From a virus (Duplodnaviria; Caudoviricetes), in IMG/VR virus record IMGVR_UViG_3300005662_004829, positions 1 to 28,060 of that record: 28,060 bases of DNA, one strand, 5' to 3'. The translations under genes and the position numbers were made by a program. Positions 1-9,245 of this stretch are shown here, piece by piece; the first letter of the stretch is position 1; the number at the start of each line of letters is the position of its first letter. The notes below the pieces were generated by a model. That model was not told where the DNA came from. It searched no databases and saw only the letters and a list, made by a program, of their open reading frames with translations.

Positions 1-2
1 TA

Positions 3-1253
3 AATCTGGATTCTGTTGGTTTATCAGATAATATAAAATATAAGATTCAATCCGAATTTTCTAATATTTTAAAAATGTTAGATTTTAAAAATAAAGGTTA
101 TGAAATATTCAGAAGATGGTATATTGAAAGTAAATTATATTATCAATTAATAATCGACATGGATAGTCCAGAAAAAGGAATAATTGAATTAAGAGCAGTC
201 GATCCAACAAAAATAAGAAAAGTAAGAAAAGTCGAAAAACAAATTAAAAATATTAATGGAATGCAAGTTCCAGTAATTAAAAAAGTAGATGAACATTACA
301 TCTATACAGAATTAGAAAATAATTCACTAACAGCAACAACTGCTGCAGGTATAAAAATAAGTCAGGATTCAATCACATATTGTAATTCTGGATACATGGA
401 TCAAACAACTAAAAAAGTTGTTGGATATCTACATAAGGCAATTCGTCCACTCAACATGCTTCGTCAGATTGAAGATGCGGTTGTAATTTATCGTATCTCT
501 CGCGCACCAGAACGAAGAATATTTTATGTTGATGTCGGTAATCTGCCAAAACAAAAAGCAGAGCAATATTTAAAAGATTTGATGACCAGATATAGAAATA
601 AATTAGTTTATGATTCTAATACTGGAGAAATAAAAGACACAAGAAATCATATGTCTATGTTAGAAGATTTCTGGTTGCCTAGAAGAGAAGGTGGAAGAGG
701 AACTGAAATTTCTACTCTACCTGGAGGTCAAAATCTAGGTGAAATGGAAGATGTCGAATATCTCTTAAGAAAATTATATAGATCATTGAATGTTCCATTG
801 ACACGAATGGAAGTCCAAACTGGATTTAATTTAGGCAGAAGTAGTGAAATAACAAGAGATGAAGTTAAATTCTATAAATTTATAGAAAGATTAAGAAATA
901 AATTTTCATTTTTATTCATGGATATTCTCAAAAAACAGTGTTTGCTTAAAGGAATAATGACGCTGGATGACTGGAATGAAATATATCATGATATAAGATT
1001 TGATTTCTCAAAAGATTCATATTTTACAGAATTAAAAGAAAATGAAATTTTACGAGAAAAAGTAGAAATGTTAACTGTATTAGCAACATACAGTGGAACA
1101 TTATTCTCCAATAATTATATTCGTAAAAATATTCTGAAGCAAACCGATGAAGAAATTGCACAAATGGACAAAGAAATGCAAGAAGAAAGACAAGCACAAT
1201 TAATGCAACAAATGCAAATGCAGCAAATGGGTTTGGAACCAGAACAAAAATAA
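3..1253 (+). CDS. g20: Portal vertex protein, T4 gp20 family (5'-truncated by window)
   Basis: Conserved gp20 motifs (YLHKAIRPLNMLRQIEDAVVIYRISRAPERRIFYVDVGNLPKQKAEQY; MLEDFWLPRREGGRGTEISTLPGGQNLG; SSEITRDEVKF). The frame is open from position 3 (NLDSVGLSDNIK...), so the true start is upstream of the window, not at 75. Confidence 0.97.
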   Translation, partial: NLDSVGLSDNIKYKIQSEFSNILKMLDFKNKGYEIFRRWYIESKLYYQLIIDMDSPEKGIIELRAVDPTKIRKVRKVEKQIKNINGMQVPVIKKVDEHYIYTELENNSLTATTAAGIKISQDSITYCNSGYMDQTTKKVVGYLHKAIRPLNMLRQIEDAVVIYRISRAPERRIFYVDVGNLPKQKAEQYLKDLMTRYRNKLVYDSNTGEIKDTRNHMSMLEDFWLPRREGGRGTEISTLPGGQNLGEMEDVEYLLRKLYRSLNVPLTRMEVQTGFNLGRSSEITRDEVKFYKFIERLRNKFSFLFMDILKKQCLLKGIMTLDDWNEIYHDIRFDFSKDSYFTELKENEILREKVEMLTVLATYSGTLFSNNYIRKNILKQTDEEIAQMDKEMQEERQAQLMQQMQMQQMGLEPEQK

Positions 1254-1261
1254 TATAAATA
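1254..1261 (+). promoter_or_regulatory. T4-type late promoter (TATAAATA)
   Basis: Perfect TATAAATA directly after the g20 stop, followed by an AGGAG ribosome-binding site and ATG at 1280. Confidence 0.85.
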
Positions 1262-1279
1262 ATAGTTAGGAGAATAAAA

Positions 1280-1828
1280 ATGTCTAATACTAAAAATATT
1301 ATCAATAATATAATGAAAGATAATTTGGTTGAAGCAAAAACACAAATCAATCAAGAATTAATCAAAAGAGTAGGTGCATTACTAGAATCAAAAATTGAAT
1401 CAATTGCACCTAGCATGATTGCCATATCTGAAAAAGATGAAAGTTATGAAAAAAGTGAACGAAAGAAAAATGTCACTAGAAAAATGGCAATGGACAGAGA
1501 AGATGAAGAAGATAAAAAAGAAAAGAAAAATATAAAAGATGATGTCGAGCATGTTGTAGACATGAACGATGAATTATACGATGATGATTTTGAAGATTTT
1601 GTTGATCAAATACATGAAATTGTACAAGAAATAGAAAATGAAACAGGTGAAGAACTAACGGAAGAAGAAATTATCAGTTTGGGTAATGATTACCTTGCAT
1701 TTTTAAATGAAGAAGATTTAGATGAAGAGAATTTAAAGGGAAATCAAGAAAAACTTGATGTAGCAGAACCCAAAGGCAAATTGACAGGTGCAGATTTTAA
1801 AAAATTAAGATCAAATAAAGGTAAATAA
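1280..1828 (+). CDS. Putative prohead core/internal head protein (position of T4 gp67/gp68)
   Basis: Lies between portal and protease. Highly charged with an acidic central region and several L/I-x-E sites (LVE, LLE, ISE, LNE, LDE). Has a late promoter and an AGGAG SD. Confidence 0.6.
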   Translation: MSNTKNIINNIMKDNLVEAKTQINQELIKRVGALLESKIESIAPSMIAISEKDESYEKSERKKNVTRKMAMDREDEEDKKEKKNIKDDVEHVVDMNDELYDDDFEDFVDQIHEIVQEIENETGEELTEEEIISLGNDYLAFLNEEDLDEENLKGNQEKLDVAEPKGKLTGADFKKLRSNKGK

Positions 1829-1830
1829 AA

Positions 1831-2475
1831 ATGAAACTGATAACTGAAACCATCGAAGAAATTCAAACTATAGTTGAATCAAATGAAGCAGGATCAAAAA
1901 ACTACTTCATTAAAGGTGTTATGATGGAGGCAGGAGTCGTTAACAGAAATAAAAGAATGTACAATGAAGGCATTCTTAAAAAAGAATGTAAACGATACAT
2001 CAGTGAATATGTAAAGAAAAATAGAGCATTAGGCGAATTAAACCATCCTGCTGGACCAACTGTAAATCTAGATCGTGTATCCCATATGATTGTTGATCTT
2101 TCAGAAAGCGGAAATCAAATTCACGGAAAAGCAAAAATAATTGATACCCCAATGGGAAAAATTGTAAAGAGTTTAATCGATGAAGGAGCACAACTTGGTG
2201 TTTCTTCTAGAGGTATGGGATCTCTTAAGTCTCAAGGCGGGGTAAATATAGTACAAGACGACTTCACCTTGGCAGCAATTGATATTGTCGCAGATCCTTC
2301 CGCACCCAACGCATTCGTTAATGGAATACTTGAAGGTAAAGAATGGATCTGGGACAATGGATTTTTAGTTGAAAAGGAAATAGCAAAATACCAAAAGCAA
2401 TTAAAAAATACATCTAAAAGAAAATTAGAAGAAAATGCAATTAAATTATTTTCTGATTTTTTAAGGAGAATTTGA
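1831..2475 (+). CDS. g21: Prohead core protease, T4 gp21 family
   Basis: MKLITE start; ALGELNHP (catalytic His), GVSSRGMGS (catalytic Ser), DIVADPSAPNAFVNGILEGKEW. Confidence 0.97.
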   Translation: MKLITETIEEIQTIVESNEAGSKNYFIKGVMMEAGVVNRNKRMYNEGILKKECKRYISEYVKKNRALGELNHPAGPTVNLDRVSHMIVDLSESGNQIHGKAKIIDTPMGKIVKSLIDEGAQLGVSSRGMGSLKSQGGVNIVQDDFTLAAIDIVADPSAPNAFVNGILEGKEWIWDNGFLVEKEIAKYQKQLKNTSKRKLEENAIKLFSDFLRRI

Positions 2476-3344
2476 TGACAGAAAGACAACAAACAAGAAT
2501 TATTCTTAAAGAGGTATTTGGAACATTGGCAGCAATTGGTGCTGCTGGTGCTGCTGCTGCTGGAATTCGTGGTGCAATAACAAGCAAAAGATTAAAAAGT
2601 TATGGCACAGCAAATCCACCAGCAAAACCTGCTGGTCTTTCTGGTAGAGTTGTTCAACAAATGAAAAATGCTTTTAATGCATTTGGGGAAAAACAACAAG
2701 AACATTTTATTAGTAAAATAGCAGGAATAGACACGGAAGTTCATTCTAGAATTGCCGCAAAATATAATCTTAAAGCAGCAGATTATGCAAAGGCAACTGC
2801 AGAACAAACTAGAAAAAATGATTTAATAAAAATGTTTAATGAACCAAATACAAGAACATTTTTATTACGAAATAATTTAGCAAGAGTTGATCAGAATAAT
2901 AATTTGACAGGTCTTGAAAATATTGATATTGATGATATTACATCACTTAAACAAGCAGTTTCAAGAAACAATCCAAATGCTTATGTTCGATCGTCAAGAA
3001 GAAATCCAACAACTGTGCATGATATAATTTCTAGACCAACAACTTTGGAGGTGTTAGACACAACTAATCCAGAGGCAAGACAATATAGAGAAAAAATGTC
3101 CAGAACAATGATTACTCCGCAGGGAGAACAAAAAAGACAACAGGCAATACAAAGTATTAATACTTCTAGAGCAAATAGAGCAAATATGTCGTTGGCAATT
3201 AAAGCAGATAAAGCAGCAGAAAAAACATATCTTGCTACAGAAAGACAAAACAATAGAGCAATACCTGGTCTAAAGGGAAGATTGAAAAGTGCACTCACTA
3301 TCGGAAAATCTGCATTATCTGCATTAGATCCATGGAATGCGTGA
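2475..3344 (+). CDS. Hypothetical basic protein, candidate internal head/ejected protein
   Basis: AGGAG SD at 2464-2468 and ATG at 2475 overlapping the g21 stop (TGATG), so ATG 2475 is preferred over TTG 2472. N-terminal ILKE followed by an Ala/Gly-rich hydrophobic stretch. Function is inferred. Confidence 0.6.
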   Translation: MTERQQTRIILKEVFGTLAAIGAAGAAAAGIRGAITSKRLKSYGTANPPAKPAGLSGRVVQQMKNAFNAFGEKQQEHFISKIAGIDTEVHSRIAAKYNLKAADYAKATAEQTRKNDLIKMFNEPNTRTFLLRNNLARVDQNNNLTGLENIDIDDITSLKQAVSRNNPNAYVRSSRRNPTTVHDIISRPTTLEVLDTTNPEARQYREKMSRTMITPQGEQKRQQAIQSINTSRANRANMSLAIKADKAAEKTYLATERQNNRAIPGLKGRLKSALTIGKSALSALDPWNA

Positions 3345-3362
3345 AACCAAAATTTAAATTAA

Positions 3363-3370
3363 ACTATATA
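3363..3370 (+). promoter_or_regulatory. Possible variant late promoter (ACTATATA) for g22
   Basis: Located in the intergenic gap before g22; one mismatch to the ACTAAATA seen before g23. Confidence 0.35.
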
Positions 3371-3395
3371 GAAATAGACAAAATTGGAGAATTTT

Positions 3396-4439
3396 ATGGC
3401 AAACGAAAAAATGTATTCAGACTCTAAATTATACGATGATGGAAGCGGCAGAGGTGCTGTAATTAATCAACCACTATCTACCCCAGAATTAGCAATGAAA
3501 AATATGCAAACACTAAGACCAGGTGGTGCAGCATATGTCCAATTGCCTAATGGTGCACAAGTAGCACCAGCAATGAATGCTGAAGATTCAGAAGAAAATG
3601 AAGAAACTAATCTGACTGATGATGATTATCTTGCTAGTCTATTCAATGGAGAAAATCTTAGCGAAGAGTTCATGACAAAAGCAGCAACAATCTTTGAAGC
3701 AGCAATTAATGAAAAAGTTTCTATAATTGAAAAATCAATGATCGAAGCAGCAAAAGAAATAATTGAAGAACAAGTAAATCAAAAAACAGAATCACTCACA
3801 GAGCAACTTGATAATTATTTAAATTATGTGATTACCGAATGGATGGAAGAAAATAAAGTTGCTGTTGAACGAGGATTGAGAACAGAAATTGCAGAGCACT
3901 TCATGGTCGGCCTTAAAGAACTTCTAGATGAAACATTCATTGATGTTCCAGAAGAGAAATATGATATTCTTGATGAAATGACATCTGCTAATGAAGAACT
4001 CCAAACTCAACTAAACGAACAAATTAAGAAAAATATTGAATTGTCAAATGAGATAACTGCTCGTCTATGCACTGAAGCATTTTTCGAAATTTCTTCTGGT
4101 TTGACCGATACCGAAACCGAAAAATTAGCAACACTTGCTGAAGGAATTGAATTTGGTTCAGTAGATCAGTATAAAGATAAAGTCAAATTACTGAGGGAAT
4201 CATATTTCAATAAAAAATCAACATCTAATTCATCAACACAACAAAATTTAGTTGAAGAAAATTTAAATCCAAAAGCAATCAATGAATCAGTTGATCCTAC
4301 AATGACCTCGTTGGTCAATGCGATTGGAAGACTAAATAAAAATAGACAAAAATCTATACCAGTAGTTTCCGAATCAAGTAATGCTGGAAAACTATTAAAT
4401 ATGATTAATCCCAATATCGCAACAGATCAGTATATCTGA
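3396..4439 (+). CDS. g22: Prohead core scaffold protein, T4 gp22 family
   Basis: LSEEFMTKAATIFEAAI, LDNYLNYVITEWMEENKVAVERGLRTEIAE, FIDVPEEKYD and LRESYF motifs; directly upstream of g23. GGAG at 3386-3389 favours ATG 3396 over TTG 3384. Confidence 0.95.
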   Translation: MANEKMYSDSKLYDDGSGRGAVINQPLSTPELAMKNMQTLRPGGAAYVQLPNGAQVAPAMNAEDSEENEETNLTDDDYLASLFNGENLSEEFMTKAATIFEAAINEKVSIIEKSMIEAAKEIIEEQVNQKTESLTEQLDNYLNYVITEWMEENKVAVERGLRTEIAEHFMVGLKELLDETFIDVPEEKYDILDEMTSANEELQTQLNEQIKKNIELSNEITARLCTEAFFEISSGLTDTETEKLATLAEGIEFGSVDQYKDKVKLLRESYFNKKSTSNSSTQQNLVEENLNPKAINESVDPTMTSLVNAIGRLNKNRQKSIPVVSESSNAGKLLNMINPNIATDQYI

Positions 4440-4452
4440 AAATATTCAATTT

Positions 4453-4460
4453 ACTAAATA
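4453..4460 (+). promoter_or_regulatory. Late promoter (ACTAAATA) for g23
   Basis: TAAATA core in the g22-g23 gap, followed by a TAAGGAG SD. Confidence 0.7.
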
Positions 4461-4484
4461 TAAAAAGACTTTAAGGAGAGAAAA

Positions 4485-5897
4485 ATGGATTTTAACGGTA
4501 CAACCCCATATGACACACTAGTAGAAAAATGGTCACCAGTATTAGATCATGCTGAGATGGACCCAATCAACGATCTACACAAGAAAAGAGTAACTGCAGT
4601 TCTTCTTGAAAATCAAGTAAGAGCAATGCAAGAAGATAGAATGCAGCAAAATCTTTTCGAATCAGCACCAACCATGAATATGGGTGGATCCAGTTTTGTA
4701 AGTGCACAACTTGCAAATGCAGGAAATTTCGCTGGATATGATCCAATTCTAATTTCACTCGTTCGTCGCGCAATGCCAAATATCGTTGCATATGATATTG
4801 CTGGTGTTCAACCAATGAGTGCACCAACTGGTCTTATCTTTGCAATGCGCGCTAAGTATAATGGCATTAATGGTCCAGAAGCACTGTTTGATGAATCATG
4901 GCCAAAATTCTCAGGCGCATCAGGTTCTGCTGTAAATTCAGCTGCTGATATCGGTGTAACTGGTCTTCTCTCTGGTCATACACTTGGTGTTCAACCAATT
5001 GATGAATCAGCAAACCGCACTGATCTATTCAGTGATTTCCGCGCAATGCTAACAAGCACTGCTGAAAAACTTGGAGATGGTCAAAACTACTTCCGCGAAA
5101 TGGCATTTAGCATTGAGAGAATTGCTGTCCAAGCACGCTCACGCGCTCTCAAGGCAGAATACACCACTGAACTTGCACAAGATCTCAAAGCAGTTCACGG
5201 TCTTGATGCTGAGTCAGAACTTGCCAATATTCTCTCAGTTGAAATCATGAATGAAATCAATCGCGAAATTCTTCGCGCAATGTACACTGTAGCAAAAACA
5301 GGTTCACAACAAACCGATCTTGCAACTAAGGGTGTATACGATCTTGTAGCAGATTCTGATGGTCGTTGGTCAGCAGAACGATTCCGTGGACTCATGTTCC
5401 AAATCGAACGCGAAGCAAATCAAATTGCTAAAGATTCTCGTAGAGGTCGTGGTAATTTCATTCTTTGCAGTGCAGATGTTGCATCAGCACTCGCAATGGG
5501 TGGATTCCTCAATCTCTCACCAGCACTCAATGTTCAAATGAATGTTGACGACACTGGAAATGTATTTGCTGGTGTTCTCAATGGCAAGTATAAAGTCTAT
5601 ATCGATCCATTCATCAAGAACAATGTAAATTTCGTAACTGTTGGATACAAGGGAACTTCACCATACGATGCTGGTATGTTCTACTGCCCATATGTTCCTC
5701 TACAAATGGTACGCGCAGTCGGTGAAAACACCTTCCAACCAAAGATTGGATTCAAGACTCGCTACGGCATGGTAGCAAATCCATTCGCACAAGGTCGTGA
5801 TGCAATCACAACTGACACTGATGGACTTGTAGCAAACACAAATAGTTACTACAGACTGTTTGCAATCAAGAATCTACATGGCAACACTGGTAACTGA
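4485..5897 (+). CDS. g23: Major capsid protein, T4 gp23 family
   Basis: EKWSPVLDH, LLENQ, DPILISLVRRAMPN, GVQPMSAPTGLIFAMR, SRALKAEYTTELAQDLKAVHGLDAESELANILS, FYCPYVPL, FQPKIGFKTRYG. Confidence 0.99.
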   Translation: MDFNGTTPYDTLVEKWSPVLDHAEMDPINDLHKKRVTAVLLENQVRAMQEDRMQQNLFESAPTMNMGGSSFVSAQLANAGNFAGYDPILISLVRRAMPNIVAYDIAGVQPMSAPTGLIFAMRAKYNGINGPEALFDESWPKFSGASGSAVNSAADIGVTGLLSGHTLGVQPIDESANRTDLFSDFRAMLTSTAEKLGDGQNYFREMAFSIERIAVQARSRALKAEYTTELAQDLKAVHGLDAESELANILSVEIMNEINREILRAMYTVAKTGSQQTDLATKGVYDLVADSDGRWSAERFRGLMFQIEREANQIAKDSRRGRGNFILCSADVASALAMGGFLNLSPALNVQMNVDDTGNVFAGVLNGKYKVYIDPFIKNNVNFVTVGYKGTSPYDAGMFYCPYVPLQMVRAVGENTFQPKIGFKTRYGMVANPFAQGRDAITTDTDGLVANTNSYYRLFAIKNLHGNTGN

Positions 5898-5920
5898 ATA
5901 GTCTAAAAACTAATCGTAGG

Positions 5921-5951
5921 AACCCACAGGGAAACCTGTGGGTTTTCTTTT
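5921..5951 (+). terminator. Rho-independent terminator after g23
   Basis: Perfect 10-bp stem AACCCACAGG / CCTGTGGGTT with a GAAA tetraloop, followed by a T-rich tract. Confidence 0.93.
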
Positions 5952-5958
5952 ATAAATA
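5951..5958 (+). promoter_or_regulatory. T4-type late promoter (TATAAATA) for the g3-like gene
   Basis: Perfect TATAAATA immediately after the terminator, 5 nt before ATG 5964. Confidence 0.85.
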
Positions 5959-5963
5959 CTTGT

Positions 5964-6548
5964 ATGCCTGAATCAAATTTTCAAACATATCAAGATATAA
6001 TTGATAAACTTGGTCCAAACACACCAGGCAGTTTATATACAACAAATCCAGATCAACCAGTAAACACAAATTATCTAACAAATAATAAGTTTAAATTTAT
6101 ATTAAGTAGATGTCCAACAGTAACTTACTTTTGTCAAAGAGCAAATATTCCATCTTTGAGTTTTGGTATTTCTGTTCAAGGTCAACCTGGTGGAATTTCA
6201 ATAAGAAGACCAGGAACTGCATACCAGTATGAAGATCTTCAAGTTAGTTTTATTGTGAATGAAGACCTAACAAATTGGTTAGAAATATACAAATGGATTA
6301 AAGATCTAGGAATATCATATGATTCAACTGTAGAAGTCATAGATGATATGCAAATGGTTGCAACTGGACTAATGCTCATAACGGATAGCACATATAAACC
6401 AATAATATCCGTCAGATACATGAATTTATTTCCAACTTTTTTGGGAGGAATAGATTTTGATTCAGCACTTCCAGATACAGATGCTGTAATAAGCACAGCA
6501 ACTTTTACTTACACTCATTATGAAATTGACATTTTAAACAAACCTTAA
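5964..6548 (+). CDS. g3: Tail tube terminator / tail completion protein, T4 gp3-like
   Basis: NYLTNNKFKF...YFCQRANIPSL...YEDLQVSFIVNEDLTNWLEIYKWI...FP..L..IDF...ATFTY pattern; usual position between g23 and uvsY in cyanophage-type T4 relatives. Confidence 0.85.
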   Translation: MPESNFQTYQDIIDKLGPNTPGSLYTTNPDQPVNTNYLTNNKFKFILSRCPTVTYFCQRANIPSLSFGISVQGQPGGISIRRPGTAYQYEDLQVSFIVNEDLTNWLEIYKWIKDLGISYDSTVEVIDDMQMVATGLMLITDSTYKPIISVRYMNLFPTFLGGIDFDSALPDTDAVISTATFTYTHYEIDILNKP

Positions 6549-6553
6549 ATATT

Positions 6554-6988
6554 ATGACTATTGATGAACTTAAAATACAAGTAGAACTAGATGTTTCTAT
6601 TGACGCAAATCATTTAGACGAGGAATCAATTAAAATTCCACAAATACACAATAAGTATTTGTGTATTCTCATGGATGAAAAAATAGTCTATGAGAAATTG
6701 GAATCAAAATATAAAATTCTAAAAAGAGATAAATGGTTATATTACTCTGGAAAAATGAGCAAGGAAGAACTTAAAAAGAAATCCTGGGAACCATTCGATC
6801 TTGCTATTATCAAACAAGATATTGATCGTTTTCTAGAAAGTGATGAAGAAATTATCAATATTTCAAATAAATTATTTGTCCAAAAAGAAAAGATAAATTA
6901 TCTAGAAAGTGTAGTTAAACTTATATCAAATAAGATTTGGAATATTCGTTCAACAATTGAATGGATAAAATTTACACAAGGATCATGA
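6554..6988 (+). CDS. uvsY: Recombination mediator UvsY
   Basis: LDEESIKIPQIHNKY, KWLYYSGK, PFDL and IEWIKFTQG motifs; directly upstream of uvsW. Confidence 0.9.
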   Translation: MTIDELKIQVELDVSIDANHLDEESIKIPQIHNKYLCILMDEKIVYEKLESKYKILKRDKWLYYSGKMSKEELKKKSWEPFDLAIIKQDIDRFLESDEEIINISNKLFVQKEKINYLESVVKLISNKIWNIRSTIEWIKFTQGS

Positions 6989-6991
6989 AAT

Positions 6992-8443
6992 ATGATCAAG
7001 ATCAAAGATGTGGATTCTGTTTATATAGAAATTGATTGCGATAAATCAATTGCTAAAGAATTGAGTATGTTTTTCACATTCAATGTTCCAAATTCACAGT
7101 ATAATCCAGCATTCAAAAAGAAAAAATGGGATGGAAAGATTAGATTATTTAATCTTCTTACTTCTAAAATATATAAAGGTTTGCTTCCATATGTTTTTTC
7201 TTTTGCCAATGAAAGACATTATAAAGTAGAATACGAATCTACATTACTTCGCGATGAACGAGAAATATCATTTCCAAAAGTATTTTCATCTGGAAAAGAA
7301 ATAACTCCACACGATTATCAAAAAGAAGCAGTCACTCACGCATTACAAAATAAAAGATGTTTATTAATATCACCAACTGGATCTGGTAAAAGTTTAATAA
7401 TTTACATGTTATTACTTGAGTTATTGAAAAGAACAAATAAAAAAATATTGATTGTAGTTCCAACTACTGGATTAGTAACTCAATTAAAATCAGATTTTGA
7501 AGATTATGCAAATGATAAAAATATATCAAAAGCAATTCATTTAATATATGCTGGACGAGATAAAGAAACAAATTGCAGGATTGTCATCTCAACATGGCAA
7601 AGTTTATATGATCAAAATGAACAATTCTTTGAGCAATTCGAATCAATAATAGGTGATGAATCACATTTATTTAAAGCAAAGTCGTTGATTAAAATAATGA
7701 ATAAATTAAAACAATGTGATTATAGAATTGGAACAACTGGAACTTTAGATGGAACGCAAGTGCATAAACTTGTATTAGAAGGATTATTTGGCAAAGTGCA
7801 TCAGGTAACATCAACCAAAGAACTAATCGATAGAGAGGTGTTAGCAAATTTAAATATTGATTGTTTGATATTAAAATATCCAGATGCGGATATAAATGAA
7901 ATAAAAAGAGCAAAATATAAAGATGAATTGGAATGGATAGTTCTGAATAATAATAGAAATGAATTTATTTCAAATCTAGCAAATAGCATTAATGGGAATG
8001 TTCTTGTTTTATTTAATTTCGTAGAAAAACATGGAATTCCTTTGTATAACAATATACAAAAAAAATCAAAGAAGCAATGCTATTTGATTTGCGGTAAAAC
8101 AGAGATTGAAGATAGAGAACAAATTCGCAAAATTGTAGATAAAAGCAATAATAGTGTTCTTGTTGCATCTTTTGGTACATGCAGCACAGGAATAAATATT
8201 AAAAATATTCATGCAATTATTTTTGCTTCACCATCAAAATCAGTTATTCGCGTACTTCAGTCAATAGGAAGAGGATTACGAAAATCAGAAACTAAAGATA
8301 AAGTTACAGTTTACGATATAGCAGATGATCTTAGTTGGAAAAAATATAGGAATCATGCTCTGAGACATCTGGATGAACGCACTACCATATATACTAATGA
8401 AGCATTTCAGTTTAATAAGATAAAAATTAAATTAGGAGTTTAA
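6992..8443 (+). CDS. uvsW: SF2 DNA helicase UvsW
   Basis: WDGKIRLF, Walker A SPTGSGKS, STWQS, DESH, GTTGTL, QSIGRGLR. Confidence 0.96.
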   Translation: MIKIKDVDSVYIEIDCDKSIAKELSMFFTFNVPNSQYNPAFKKKKWDGKIRLFNLLTSKIYKGLLPYVFSFANERHYKVEYESTLLRDEREISFPKVFSSGKEITPHDYQKEAVTHALQNKRCLLISPTGSGKSLIIYMLLLELLKRTNKKILIVVPTTGLVTQLKSDFEDYANDKNISKAIHLIYAGRDKETNCRIVISTWQSLYDQNEQFFEQFESIIGDESHLFKAKSLIKIMNKLKQCDYRIGTTGTLDGTQVHKLVLEGLFGKVHQVTSTKELIDREVLANLNIDCLILKYPDADINEIKRAKYKDELEWIVLNNNRNEFISNLANSINGNVLVLFNFVEKHGIPLYNNIQKKSKKQCYLICGKTEIEDREQIRKIVDKSNNSVLVASFGTCSTGINIKNIHAIIFASPSKSVIRVLQSIGRGLRKSETKDKVTVYDIADDLSWKKYRNHALRHLDERTTIYTNEAFQFNKIKIKLGV

Positions 8444-9202
8444 ATGAATTTAAAAATATTCAAACTACGAAGTGGTGAAGAAATTATTTGTCAAGTTACT
8501 GAAGAAACTAAAACAAAATTTAAGATCTTAAATCCACTAGTATTCAAATCAACCACTTCATTTGATAATCATGGATCTTATGACATGACTGTGCTTCGTG
8601 ATTGGTTGCAACACACTAAAGTAAAAACTATACTTTTACCAAAAAATCATATAGCATTGGAAATGGATCCAAATGATGACACAATTAAACTATATGAATT
8701 GCAATTGGAAACAGAGAAAAATGTAGCAGAAAAAATAGTAAGTCTGGATAATGACGATAGATCATCTGATCAGTCAATAAATCCAATGCATTTAATGCAA
8801 GATAATGAAAACTTATTAAATGATCTATTAAGTTCAATTTTTGCTGATATGACTGATATGACTTCAAAATCATTTGCAGATCCAAATGAACAGTTACCAT
8901 TTCTTAGCAAAAGCAATTCAAAAAGAAAATTAAAACAAAAAAATCCAATGTCTAATCTTCCTTCTCCTGAAATGCATCCAGAAGAAATGGATAGACATGG
9001 AATTTATGTTACTATGATGATTCCTTCCGAATCGATTATGAATCTAATAACTGCTGGTCTTTTAAATCCAAAAGATTTACTCAAGATGATTAAGGAAGTC
9101 AAAAAGAAAAACAGATTCACTGGTGATGAATCTGATAGAGAAGATTTTGGTAATAAGCTTAGTGATTGGAATCCTGATCCAGATTCAAATGACTATAAGT
9201 AA
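8444..9202 (+). CDS. Hypothetical protein with putative N-terminal Sm-like fold
   Basis: N-terminal KIFKLRSGEEIICQV...ILNPL resembles small Sm-like proteins commonly found between uvsW and g55 in T4-like phages. Long acidic C-terminal extension. Confidence 0.55.
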   Translation: MNLKIFKLRSGEEIICQVTEETKTKFKILNPLVFKSTTSFDNHGSYDMTVLRDWLQHTKVKTILLPKNHIALEMDPNDDTIKLYELQLETEKNVAEKIVSLDNDDRSSDQSINPMHLMQDNENLLNDLLSSIFADMTDMTSKSFADPNEQLPFLSKSNSKRKLKQKNPMSNLPSPEMHPEEMDRHGIYVTMMIPSESIMNLITAGLLNPKDLLKMIKEVKKKNRFTGDESDREDFGNKLSDWNPDPDSNDYK

Positions 9203-9245
9203 TAGTTATTGATGATCTAGGTTTTCTTCTCAATCCCACACAAAT

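Noticed and set aside
2538-2565. GCT/GGT trinucleotide run as a phase-variable repeat
   Set aside because: It is short and in frame, and is explained by the Ala/Gly stretch.
6526-6556. Promoter for uvsY (TTGACA at 6526; CTTAAATA at 6544)
   Set aside because: The only properly spaced -10 overlaps the ATG, and the late-like box ends just 2 nt before the start codon.
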